Source: Bacteroidales bacterium
Lineage (GTDB): Bacteria > Bacteroidota > Bacteroidia > Bacteroidales > UBA932
Length of the DNA: 64,000 bases
Reading direction: 5' to 3'
Assembly (NCBI GenBank): GCA_024398295.1
Contig: JAKSJL010000001.1
Coordinates: forward strand, 1,589-65,588
A program made the position numbers and the translations under genes. The notes under the pieces are model-generated. The model did not search any database and was not told where the DNA came from. It saw only the letters and a list, made by a program, of their open reading frames with translations. Every line of letters begins with the position of its first letter. Position 1 is the first letter of the stretch. Below are positions 19,065-27,511 of the stretch, in pieces.

Positions 19065-20237
19065 ATGAAAAGAATCTTCCTCATCTCCGCACTCGCTCTG
19101 TGTCTTTTCCCGATGGCCTTGCGTGCCCAGGTGGATACCACCAAGCTTGCGCAGCTCAAGTCCATGCTTCAGGAGTACTACCTGGCTCTTGACCAGGAGA
19201 CCATTGAGACGAAGTCTTCCGAGTGTGACCTTATCATCGAGACCTGCACGGACAGCCTCCTGCGTCAGGAGGTGGTCCTGGATGTATATGACCACTACCT
19301 GCACTCGAAGATGATGGGTGATGAGGCTGTCGCTATCCATGTCTATGACACCTGGTTGGCGACGAAGAGGGTGAAGATGAGAAGTGATGCTGACCTTATC
19401 AATGCAGGCATCTTCGCCACGTTCAACAGAAGCACGCTGCTGGGCTGCGAGGCACCTCGCCTTACCCTCGGAAACATCGAGGGAGGCTTCGAGGATCTTC
19501 CTGCCGAGGGACGCGTCTCGGTGCTCTTCTTCTACAGCACCAGCTGCGCCAAGTGCAAGCTGGAGACCATCCTGCTGCGTACTTTCCTCATGTCGCAGGA
19601 GAATTCAAACTTTGATTTCTACGCCATCTATCTCGGCAGCGACGAGGAGCAGTGGAAGTCGTATGTGGCGGCAAATTTCAGCATGAACATCCCAGGTGTG
19701 AAGATGCACCATCTTTGGGACCCAGACGATTCTACAGAGATGGGTGAGGCCTATGGCCTTTACCAGACTCCGCGTATGTACCTCACGGACCCGAACGGCA
19801 TCATCATTGGCCGCGGGCTTGACACAGAGGCACTAAAGAAGCTCATGGGCTATGCAGGCCTGCTGCAGGACCTCTATGACAGATGCCCTGTGGGCCAGAA
19901 GCTTCCGGCGCTGACGGTTCCAGGTAAGCAGCATACCTATCTCGTGAGCCTGAAATATGTGGACCAGGATCTCAGCCGTTTCAAGGGATGGCCTGGCTAT
20001 GTCATCTTCTATACCAATGGATGTGGTAACTGCGAGGCGGAGCGCAGCCAGATAGTGCGCATGACGCGTCTGGGCACGAAGATACTTGAGGTCAATGTAG
20101 ACGAGTTATGGTCCACCGACGAAGAACTCGCAGCAAAGGTGTTTGATGCGTTTGACCTGACTAGCCTTCCTTTCATCGTGGAAGTGGACAGGAAAGGCTA
20201 TGTGAGAAGGAAGTATGTTTCATTTCTGAATAATTGA
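19065..20237 (+). CDS. Exported protein with two thioredoxin-like (TlpA/redoxin) domains
   Basis: Signal peptide; FYSTSCAKC..QTP and FYTNGCGNC..SLP (CxxC plus cis-Pro loop, twice). Confidence 0.7.
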   Translation: MKRIFLISALALCLFPMALRAQVDTTKLAQLKSMLQEYYLALDQETIETKSSECDLIIETCTDSLLRQEVVLDVYDHYLHSKMMGDEAVAIHVYDTWLATKRVKMRSDADLINAGIFATFNRSTLLGCEAPRLTLGNIEGGFEDLPAEGRVSVLFFYSTSCAKCKLETILLRTFLMSQENSNFDFYAIYLGSDEEQWKSYVAANFSMNIPGVKMHHLWDPDDSTEMGEAYGLYQTPRMYLTDPNGIIIGRGLDTEALKKLMGYAGLLQDLYDRCPVGQKLPALTVPGKQHTYLVSLKYVDQDLSRFKGWPGYVIFYTNGCGNCEAERSQIVRMTRLGTKILEVNVDELWSTDEELAAKVFDAFDLTSLPFIVEVDRKGYVRRKYVSFLNN

Positions 20238-20266
20238 TTATCTTTGTCATTGGAATAGAAAAGGTT

Positions 20267-20509
20267 ATGGCAGCAAAGAAATCTAAGAAGAAGAAAGGTC
20301 CCGTAATTAGCCCGGACTTCATGGACAAGCAGAGGGAGGCTCTCAAGCGCACCCATCGTCAGGTCATCTATTTCAATGAAAAAGAGATGGCAGCAATAAA
20401 TGAATATTGCCGCCAGTTCAAGATCTCGGCCAAGTCTGTACTCTACAGAAAGGCCATTATGGAGAGAGTCCTCGAGGGACTGGATGAAAATCATCCAACC
20501 CTCTTCTAG
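20267..20509 (+). CDS. Small hypothetical protein, ribbon-helix-helix-like
   Basis: ATG 20267 after TATCTTTG (20239-20246); basic N-terminus, strand-helix-helix pattern, ends HPTLF. Confidence 0.65.
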   Translation: MAAKKSKKKKGPVISPDFMDKQREALKRTHRQVIYFNEKEMAAINEYCRQFKISAKSVLYRKAIMERVLEGLDENHPTLF

Positions 20510-21165
20510 TCTCTCGCGATTCCGATATAGTAAAGCAGGGTGGCGAGTGAGCCAAGCGCTGCGATCACATAGGTGTAGGCAGCCCATTTGAGGGCGTCCT
20601 GCGCCATAGGCTTCGTCTCGTATGTGGTGATGCCTGCGTCAGAAAGCCAAGCGACTGCGCGACGGCTGGCGTTGATCTCCACAGGAAGGGTGACCAAGCT
20701 GAAGAGCGTGCTGGCTCCGAAGAGGATGATGGCGATCCACAGCGGAGCGCTGGTGATCTGGATGAGGAGTATGCCGAGGAGCAATGCCCACGAAACCCAC
20801 TTGCTGGCGAAGTTCACGAATGGCACAAGCGCAGACCTGAGGCGAAGAGGGGCGTAGCCTGTCGCATGCTGCACTGCGTGTCCGCACTCATGTGCAGCCA
20901 CTGCTGCGGCAGCCACACTAGGCATCCTGTAGACAGCCTCGCTGAGATTAAGCTGCTTCTTTGTAGGGTCGTAGTGGTCGGTGAGGGTACCTGGAATGCA
21001 GGATACAGACACATCATGTATGCCGTGTGCCATGAGCATCCTCTCTGCTACCTCTGCGCCCGTCATGCCGATTCTGACCTTTGAGTACTTCTCAAATCGT
21101 CTGTTCAATACTGACTGGACAATGGCACTTGCCACCATCACAGCGATCATTATAATGTAAATCAT
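20506..21165 (-). CDS. Membrane zinc metallopeptidase (YugP/Zn_peptidase_2-like)
   Basis: LTDHYDP, AAHECGHAVQH, TLPVEINASRRA, AAYTYV; TAGGTTTG at 21205-21198. Confidence 0.9.
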   Translation of the reverse strand: MIYIIMIAVMVASAIVQSVLNRRFEKYSKVRIGMTGAEVAERMLMAHGIHDVSVSCIPGTLTDHYDPTKKQLNLSEAVYRMPSVAAAAVAAHECGHAVQHATGYAPLRLRSALVPFVNFASKWVSWALLLGILLIQITSAPLWIAIILFGASTLFSLVTLPVEINASRRAVAWLSDAGITTYETKPMAQDALKWAAYTYVIAALGSLATLLYYIGIARD

Positions 21166-21290
21166 ATTCTAGGTTTTACTCTGTCACTAGCAAAATCCAA
21201 ACCTAAACTGGCTTACTGACAAAGTGTCTGGAAAAGAATAATGAAATTGATTTAGCCAAAATAGACAAGAAAGAACTATATTTGTATTCT

Positions 21291-22412
21291 ATGCAACATT
21301 TGAACAAGGACAATGATTTCTCGCGTCTGGAACTGAACCTTCCAGCATGTAGGGATAACTATAGATACTTCCGTTCGCGCTTGAAGCCAAGCACGAAGCT
21401 GCTTGTGCTCGTGAAGGCAAATGCATATGGACATGGTGCAGTGGAATTTGCTGCCATGATGCAGGGCTGTGGTGCTGACTATCTGGCTGTGGCACTTCCT
21501 GTTGAGGGCGTGGAGCTCAGAAAGGCTGGTATCAGCCTGCCTATCCTTGTGCTGACTGCAGGCACTGATTTCTTTGAGGAGATCATTGAGAATCATCTGG
21601 AACCTGGAATTCCGAACATATATACCCTGAAAGCCTTTTGCGAAGTGCTCAGGGCTCATGGCATAAAGAACTATCCTGTGCACATAAAGATGGATACAGG
21701 CATGCATAGGCTTGGCTTCATGGCTGGTGAGCTGCCGGAACTGTTTGATTTCCTGAATTCCTGCGACGAAGTGAAGGTGAAGTCGACATACTCTCATCTT
21801 GCTGCGGCAGAGGATCCTGCGGAGGATGATTTCACCCTGGGGCAGATAAAGATGTTCAAGGACCACGCAGATGCATTGGCGGAGGCTATCGGCTATAAGC
21901 CTATGTATCACGTGCTTAACTCTGCTGGTATAGAGAGATTCACTCAGTATCAGTTCGATATGGTACGCCTTGGCGTGGGCATCTATGGCATCAGTGCGCT
22001 TCCGGGAGTGAAGCTCTCGCCTGTCGCTTCGCTGAAGGTGAAGATACTGCAGATCAAGCACTTGAGCGCCGAGGACGGAACCATTGGCTATGGAAGACAT
22101 GGACATGTGGCTCCTCAGGGCACTGTCATCGCCACCATCCCAGTGGGATATGCGGATGGCGTGGACAGGCATCTGGGACGTGGCAATGCATCATTCTCGC
22201 TGAATGGCCATCGCGTACCGACCATTGGAAATATCTGTATGGACATGTGTATGATAGATATCACGGGGGTACCTGCTGAAGTTGGTGACACAGTCACCAT
22301 TTTCGGCGAGGATCCTACAGTGAGCGAGCTCGCTGAGATCCTGGGCACCATCCCTTATGAGGTGATGACATCTGTGCACAGAAGAATCGAAAGAATAGTA
22401 ATCAGAAAGTAG
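21291..22412 (+). CDS. alr: Alanine racemase
   Basis: VKANAYGHG PLP lysine, HIKMDTGMHRLG, IGYG, GYADG, ICMD, TIPYE; TATATTTG at 21277-21284. Confidence 0.95.
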   Translation: MQHLNKDNDFSRLELNLPACRDNYRYFRSRLKPSTKLLVLVKANAYGHGAVEFAAMMQGCGADYLAVALPVEGVELRKAGISLPILVLTAGTDFFEEIIENHLEPGIPNIYTLKAFCEVLRAHGIKNYPVHIKMDTGMHRLGFMAGELPELFDFLNSCDEVKVKSTYSHLAAAEDPAEDDFTLGQIKMFKDHADALAEAIGYKPMYHVLNSAGIERFTQYQFDMVRLGVGIYGISALPGVKLSPVASLKVKILQIKHLSAEDGTIGYGRHGHVAPQGTVIATIPVGYADGVDRHLGRGNASFSLNGHRVPTIGNICMDMCMIDITGVPAEVGDTVTIFGEDPTVSELAEILGTIPYEVMTSVHRRIERIVIRK

Positions 22413-22414
22413 AT

Positions 22415-23464
22415 ATGGAAGAGGAGAGAAAACTATACCCATTCAAGTTCATCCCTATCGAGGATTCATTCGCGTGGGGAGAAGATAAGCATCAGCTTGC
22501 AGACCTGGGCTATCGCGATACATTCGTGAAGAGTGGCTGGCTTGGAGGCGTTTCCATCAGCGAAGTGATGGATATGTATATGGACCGCGTGGTGGGTGAC
22601 AACACTTTCAGATACTATGGAAGGCAGTTCCCAGTGAGCGTGAAGATAGTGGATGCCCGTGAGAGGACTCCTCTGGTGGTTCACCCTGATGATGAGGTGG
22701 CAGCTGAGCGCTACGACAGCCTCGGCAAGGCGAAGCTGTGGTATGTGCTGGAGGCTACCACAGCGTCGAAGATATATCTTGGCTTCTCTGAAGATACCGA
22801 TGCCTCAGCTCTCTACGCTGCCTGTCTGGCAGGTGACGCCTCTTCTCTTCTGAACGAGGTGAAGGTGAGGAAGGGTGATCACTTTGTCATCTGCCCTGGC
22901 ACCGTGCATGCAGCAGAGGGCGTGAAGCTTCTGGAAATTTCAGAAGCGTCGCCACTTGATTTCTGCCTGTGCGCCTGGGGAAGGGAAGTGGGGGAGCAGT
23001 TTGACCCATCCCTGAATGTCGTGGACGCATTGGATTTCATAGACTATAAGCGCTACAAGGCTTCTGCTGAGGCGCTTCCGAAGGATCAGATAAGCGAGAA
23101 ACTCGCAGTTCGCAGGGAGTTTACTGTAAGCAGGATGCCGCTGGTGAACACGGTCCGCATACACTCTGATGAGCCTACAGGCTTTTCGGTGTATTCATGC
23201 ATTGACGGTGAAGTGAATGTGATGGTGCAGGAGGAGGAAGATAAGAAGTCTTACCAGCTGAAGGCTGGCGAGACGATGCTCGTCCCTGCTGACGTTCTCG
23301 ACTTCTACCTGGAGCCTGCGAAGTCTGGCACTGTGATACTTGAGACTGTGCTTGACCCTATCATCGAGGAAGACGAATACATTGACCCTTCTGCGGAGCC
23401 TTCACTTGAGGGTGAGGAGCCACAGGAGAGCAGCATAGGAGATAGGTCATGGCGGATTCTGTAA
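22415..23464 (+). CDS. Class I mannose-6-phosphate isomerase-like cupin with degenerate active site
   Basis: FPVSVKIVDA..VHPDD..GKAKLWY..PGTVHA aligns with type I PMI but Gln and Glu ligands are replaced. Confidence 0.75.
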   Translation: MEEERKLYPFKFIPIEDSFAWGEDKHQLADLGYRDTFVKSGWLGGVSISEVMDMYMDRVVGDNTFRYYGRQFPVSVKIVDARERTPLVVHPDDEVAAERYDSLGKAKLWYVLEATTASKIYLGFSEDTDASALYAACLAGDASSLLNEVKVRKGDHFVICPGTVHAAEGVKLLEISEASPLDFCLCAWGREVGEQFDPSLNVVDALDFIDYKRYKASAEALPKDQISEKLAVRREFTVSRMPLVNTVRIHSDEPTGFSVYSCIDGEVNVMVQEEEDKKSYQLKAGETMLVPADVLDFYLEPAKSGTVILETVLDPIIEEDEYIDPSAEPSLEGEEPQESSIGDRSWRIL

Positions 23465-23874
23465 GACTCGACAAGTACGTCTGGGCCATTCGCCAGTTCA
23501 AGACCAGAAGCGAGGCCACTGACGCCTGCAATGGAAACAAGGTGCAGCTGAATGGCGCACCCGCGAAGCCGTCTAAGCCGGTGAAGGTGGGCGATATGCT
23601 CGCTATCAGGAAAGGTTCCGCGCAGTTCACCTTCAAGGTGCTGCAGCTCACCGAGACGCGCATGGGCGCGAAGCTCGTGCCTGAGTTTGCCGAAAACCTC
23701 ACACCAGAGTCGGAGATGGAGAAGCTCCGCGCACCGCACGAGACGTTCTTTGTGCAGCGTGACAGGGGTATGGGACGCCCTACGAAGAAGGACCGCCGCG
23801 AGATGGACACTCTCTGGGCAAACTTCGACCCTAGCGACCTTCCGGATGACTATTTTGATGATGACAATGATTAA
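23449..23874 (+). CDS. hslR: RNA-binding S4 domain protein (Hsp15)
   Basis: VRLDKYVWAIRQFKTRS, KPSK, RDRGMGRPTKKDRR. Confidence 0.9.
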   Translation: MADSVRLDKYVWAIRQFKTRSEATDACNGNKVQLNGAPAKPSKPVKVGDMLAIRKGSAQFTFKVLQLTETRMGAKLVPEFAENLTPESEMEKLRAPHETFFVQRDRGMGRPTKKDRREMDTLWANFDPSDLPDDYFDDDND

Positions 23875-23882
23875 GTGATTAT

Positions 23883-24470
23883 ATGAAAGGAGTTTACATT
23901 TTTCTTGCTGACGGCTTCGAGGATATCGAGGCTCTCGGAACATTGGATGTGCTCCGCCGTGGCGGAGTAGAGGCTTCACTGGTTTCTGTAAGTGACGAGC
24001 CTTTCGTGGTGTCTTCGCATAGAGTGGCTGTGGGGGTGGACTACACCTTCGAGGAGCTTCTGGACAGCGCTGACCTGGCCAATGCTTCTGAGGAGGATGT
24101 CATGATCTTCCCTGGTGGAATGCCAGGCTCGAAGACCCTCGCGTCAAACAAGAAACTCATCGAGCTTATGAAGAAGCACTATGCCGCAGGAGGTACCGTG
24201 GCTGCCATCTGTGCTGCTCCGGGACTTGTTCTCAGTCAGCTGGGAGGACTTGATGAACATATCATGACCTGCTTCGATGGCTTCGAGACTGGCCTGACAG
24301 ACGCCGGCGCTGCGTTTGTGCCGAAGGCTGCCTACACCAGCGAGCGCATCATCACCGGCCGCAGCGCCGGCTACTGCATTCCTTTCGGACTGGAGATCCT
24401 TAGGAAGCTCAAGGGAGATGAGGCAGCGGAGAAGGTTCGTTCAGCGATGCTTCTTCCCGTCTGTGAATAG
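23883..24470 (+). CDS. DJ-1/PfpI (ThiJ/YajL) family protein
   Basis: LADGFEDIEA..LRRG, PGGMPG, AICAAP. Confidence 0.92.
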   Translation: MKGVYIFLADGFEDIEALGTLDVLRRGGVEASLVSVSDEPFVVSSHRVAVGVDYTFEELLDSADLANASEEDVMIFPGGMPGSKTLASNKKLIELMKKHYAAGGTVAAICAAPGLVLSQLGGLDEHIMTCFDGFETGLTDAGAAFVPKAAYTSERIITGRSAGYCIPFGLEILRKLKGDEAAEKVRSAMLLPVCE

Positions 24471-24498
24471 CTTTTTTCTCCTTTTTTAGGCGTTTTAT

Positions 24499-24541
24499 GT
24501 AGCTTGTGCCAGACGTATGGCACAAGCTACTGCTATTTTTG
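24499..24541 (+). promoter_or_regulatory. Perfect 13-bp inverted repeat followed by -7 element of the addBA operon
   Basis: GTAGCTTGTGCCA-GACGTA-TGGCACAAGCTAC (24499-24530), TATTTTTG at 24534-24541; second copy at 61135. Confidence 0.65.
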
Positions 24542-24577
24542 CAGAAAGATTCCGTAGAGTTGATGGTATAAGAAAGT

Positions 24578-27508
24578 ATGAAAGAATTTTTGAGACAAGT
24601 AGCAGAACACTACTGCACCGAGGCAGATGCTTCTCAGCGCTGCTTCATTTTTCCGAACAGAAGATCCCTTGTCTTCTTTAAGGAGTACTTCAGACAGTCT
24701 GTGGCTTCCGGCATGCGTGAGTCCAGACCGGTGATGGTGCCGCGTCTTTATACCATCAATGATTTCTTCTATGAGCTCAGTGGCCAGAAGGTTACGGACA
24801 AGGTCCACCTGCTTCTGGAGCTGTACAAGTGCTACGCGAAGCTTAATCCTTCGGCTGAACCGCTTGACGACTTCATCTTCTGGGGTGATGTCCTCCTGGG
24901 CGATTTTGACGATACTGACAAGTATCTGGTCGATCCAGTGCAGCTCTTCCAGAATGTCTCCGACCTTAAGGATATTCAGGATACCTATGAGTATCTTTCT
25001 GAGGAGCAGAAGGCTGCCATTGAGCACTTCATTGGCCATTTCCGTGAGGGACAGCTCATGAAGGGAGGTGAGAAGAACATCAAGGAGAAGTTCCTTCAGA
25101 TCTGGAACATACTTCTTCCTCTCTATCGAGATTTCAACTCCCAGCTCTCCCAGAAGGGCATGTCGTATGAGGGTATGGTGTACCGTCGTACAGCAGAGCT
25201 TCTGGATAAGACCTCCGTGGTGGATATGCTTGCACCACAGTTCGGAGATGAGGCGCGCTTCGTGTTCGTGGGCCTGAATGCCATGAGCGAGTGCGAGAAG
25301 AAGCTTCTGAAGAAGATGCGCGATGCTGGACTCGCGGAGTTCTGCTGGGACTACTCGAGCGATCTGATCAAGAACTCGCGTAACAAGTCTTCTTTCTTCC
25401 TTCGTGAGAATGTGGAGATGTTTCCACAGGCCTTCACCCTGGATCAGGAAGGGCTTGACGTGCCAGAGGTGAATGTCCTCAGTGTGCCTTCGTCTGTGGG
25501 ACAGGCGAAGCAGGTGCCTGGCATACTCGCCCAGCTGAGCGCTGATGGCGATATCTCCAAGCTTGGTCTCGATACGGCTCTGGTACTCCCAGATGAGACC
25601 CTCCTTCTGCCTGTGCTGAATTCATTGCCTTATGAGGTGAAGAATATAAATGTGACCATGGGCTACCCTATGGGCGAGAGCGCGTGGTGGTCACTCATGA
25701 ACGACATAGCGACGCTCCAGATGCACATGAGGGAGAAGGATGGTAAGTGGTTCTTCTACCATAAGCAGGTATGGTCCATCCTTTCCAGCAGTATCCTGAA
25801 GGCTGTCCTTTCAGATGAGGCGTCGGAGAAGCTGAAGGAGCTGAAGAAGAAAGCTTCCTACTATGTGGGACAGGATGAGCTCTCATTCGATCCAGTGCTG
25901 GCTTCCATCTTCAAGCCAGTGGCGAAGGATGTCAAGCTCAAGTCCTCAGTGCAGGTGGCTGAGCTCGAGGGCTATCAGAAAGACATAGTGCTTGCTCTCG
26001 CTCCGCACATGAAGGACGACAAGGAGATGTCGATAGAGCTGGAGTTCGCGAAGGCATTCTTCCTGGCAGTCGGTAAGCTTCAGAACGTTGAGCTTGAGGT
26101 ACTTCCAGCCACATATTTCCGTCTTCTCACACAGCTTGTGGCAGGTATGTCTGTTCCTTTCACTGGAGAGCCGCTTAAAGGTCTTCAGGTCATGGGACCG
26201 CTGGAGATGAGAGCGTTGGATTTCGAGAACGTGGTGATCCTGTCGTGCAACGAAGGCATGTTCCCTCGTCGCTCAGTCAGCTCGTCATTCATTCCATCGG
26301 AGCTCAGACAGTGCTTCGGGCTTCCTACCTATGAGTATCAGGATGCGGTGTGGGCATATTATTTCTACAGGGTCATCCAGAGAGCGAAGAAGGTATGGCT
26401 GGTGTTTGATTCAAGGACAGATGGACTGAAAGGCGGTGAGGAGAGCCGCTATATCAAGCAGCTCGAGCTGCACTTCAACCTCCATCTGAATAGATTCGTG
26501 GCCAAGGCTCCTATCGGCGATACTGTCGAGGAGTCTGAGATAAAGAAGACTCAGGAGGATGTGGACATAGTGAAGAACACCCACCTGTCTGCTTCTGCTC
26601 TTCAGAACTATCTCCACTGCCCTGCGAAGTTCTATTATCACACAGTGAAGAAGCTTTCACAGGAGGATGAGGTGGCTGAGTCTCTGGATGCCGGCATGAT
26701 AGGAAATGTCTACCATGGTACCATGCAGGCGCTTTATTTTGGCCCTGTGGCGATGGATCCAGGCTTCAGCATGGAGAGGAAGAATGTGGAGGCGCACATC
26801 TCGGAGCAGCAGAAGGAGGTGAGCATAGACTATATAAAGTCATGGCTCTCCCGTGGCGACGAGATAAAGGCTCGTATCCGTTCGCTCGTGAAGGCCGAGC
26901 TGAATAATGCTTTCGAGGTCACTGGAAGAAATCTGGTCTACGAGGATGTAGTCCTTCAGTATGTCCTCAAGACCCTGCAGCGTGATATCGAGCTCATGGA
27001 GCAGAACCATGTTTCTTCATTCCAGATACTTGGACTTGAGCTCAGCTGCAAGTGGCAGTTTGAGGGATATAATTTCGTCGGATACATAGACAGACTTGAC
27101 TCTGTGGTGCCTGGAGTGGTTAGGGTCGTGGACTATAAGACTGGAAAGGTCGAGGATGCCGATGTGAACATAGACGATGCAAATGCAGACAGCGTGGTCG
27201 AGAGCCTGTACCTTCCGGATAACCCGAAGAGGCCGAAGATTGCCATGCAGCTCTTCCTCTACGACATGTTCATCGAGGATACAGATCTGGTGAAGGACCA
27301 GCAGATCGTGAACTCCATTTATCCTGCAGCGAAGCTCTTCGTCTCGCCTGTCGTCGAGGTGCCTAGAAGCGCACGCTTCACCGAACTGATGAAGGACAGG
27401 CTGAAGGGTATGCTTGAGGAGATATCTGACCTGAGCGTAGGATTCAGAAGGACTTCATGTGTGGATAACTGTAAGTACTGTGATTTCAAGACCATTTGTG
27501 GACGTTAG
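24578..27508 (+). CDS. AddB-like PD-(D/E)XK nuclease subunit
   Basis: FPNRRS start, degenerate helicase body, SAS..YLHCP, GYIDRLD..DYKTG, C-terminal CKYCDFKTIC Fe-S motif. Confidence 0.85.
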   Translation: MKEFLRQVAEHYCTEADASQRCFIFPNRRSLVFFKEYFRQSVASGMRESRPVMVPRLYTINDFFYELSGQKVTDKVHLLLELYKCYAKLNPSAEPLDDFIFWGDVLLGDFDDTDKYLVDPVQLFQNVSDLKDIQDTYEYLSEEQKAAIEHFIGHFREGQLMKGGEKNIKEKFLQIWNILLPLYRDFNSQLSQKGMSYEGMVYRRTAELLDKTSVVDMLAPQFGDEARFVFVGLNAMSECEKKLLKKMRDAGLAEFCWDYSSDLIKNSRNKSSFFLRENVEMFPQAFTLDQEGLDVPEVNVLSVPSSVGQAKQVPGILAQLSADGDISKLGLDTALVLPDETLLLPVLNSLPYEVKNINVTMGYPMGESAWWSLMNDIATLQMHMREKDGKWFFYHKQVWSILSSSILKAVLSDEASEKLKELKKKASYYVGQDELSFDPVLASIFKPVAKDVKLKSSVQVAELEGYQKDIVLALAPHMKDDKEMSIELEFAKAFFLAVGKLQNVELEVLPATYFRLLTQLVAGMSVPFTGEPLKGLQVMGPLEMRALDFENVVILSCNEGMFPRRSVSSSFIPSELRQCFGLPTYEYQDAVWAYYFYRVIQRAKKVWLVFDSRTDGLKGGEESRYIKQLELHFNLHLNRFVAKAPIGDTVEESEIKKTQEDVDIVKNTHLSASALQNYLHCPAKFYYHTVKKLSQEDEVAESLDAGMIGNVYHGTMQALYFGPVAMDPGFSMERKNVEAHISEQQKEVSIDYIKSWLSRGDEIKARIRSLVKAELNNAFEVTGRNLVYEDVVLQYVLKTLQRDIELMEQNHVSSFQILGLELSCKWQFEGYNFVGYIDRLDSVVPGVVRVVDYKTGKVEDADVNIDDANADSVVESLYLPDNPKRPKIAMQLFLYDMFIEDTDLVKDQQIVNSIYPAAKLFVSPVVEVPRSARFTELMKDRLKGMLEEISDLSVGFRRTSCVDNCKYCDFKTICGR

Positions 27509-27511
27509 GCT

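Noticed and set aside
20821-20830. Third TGGCACAAGC half-site
   Set aside because: Inside a coding region, no partner arm and no promoter; likely chance
21190-21205. GG-N10-GC sigma-54-like pattern upstream of the zinc metallopeptidase
   Set aside because: The same bases form a canonical TAGGTTTG -7 element and the -24 box is poor
24518-24533. TGGCAC in the repeated palindromes read as sigma-54 promoters
   Set aside because: Spacing to the -12-like box is one base long in copy 1 and one base short in copy 2, and both have sigma-A -7 elements
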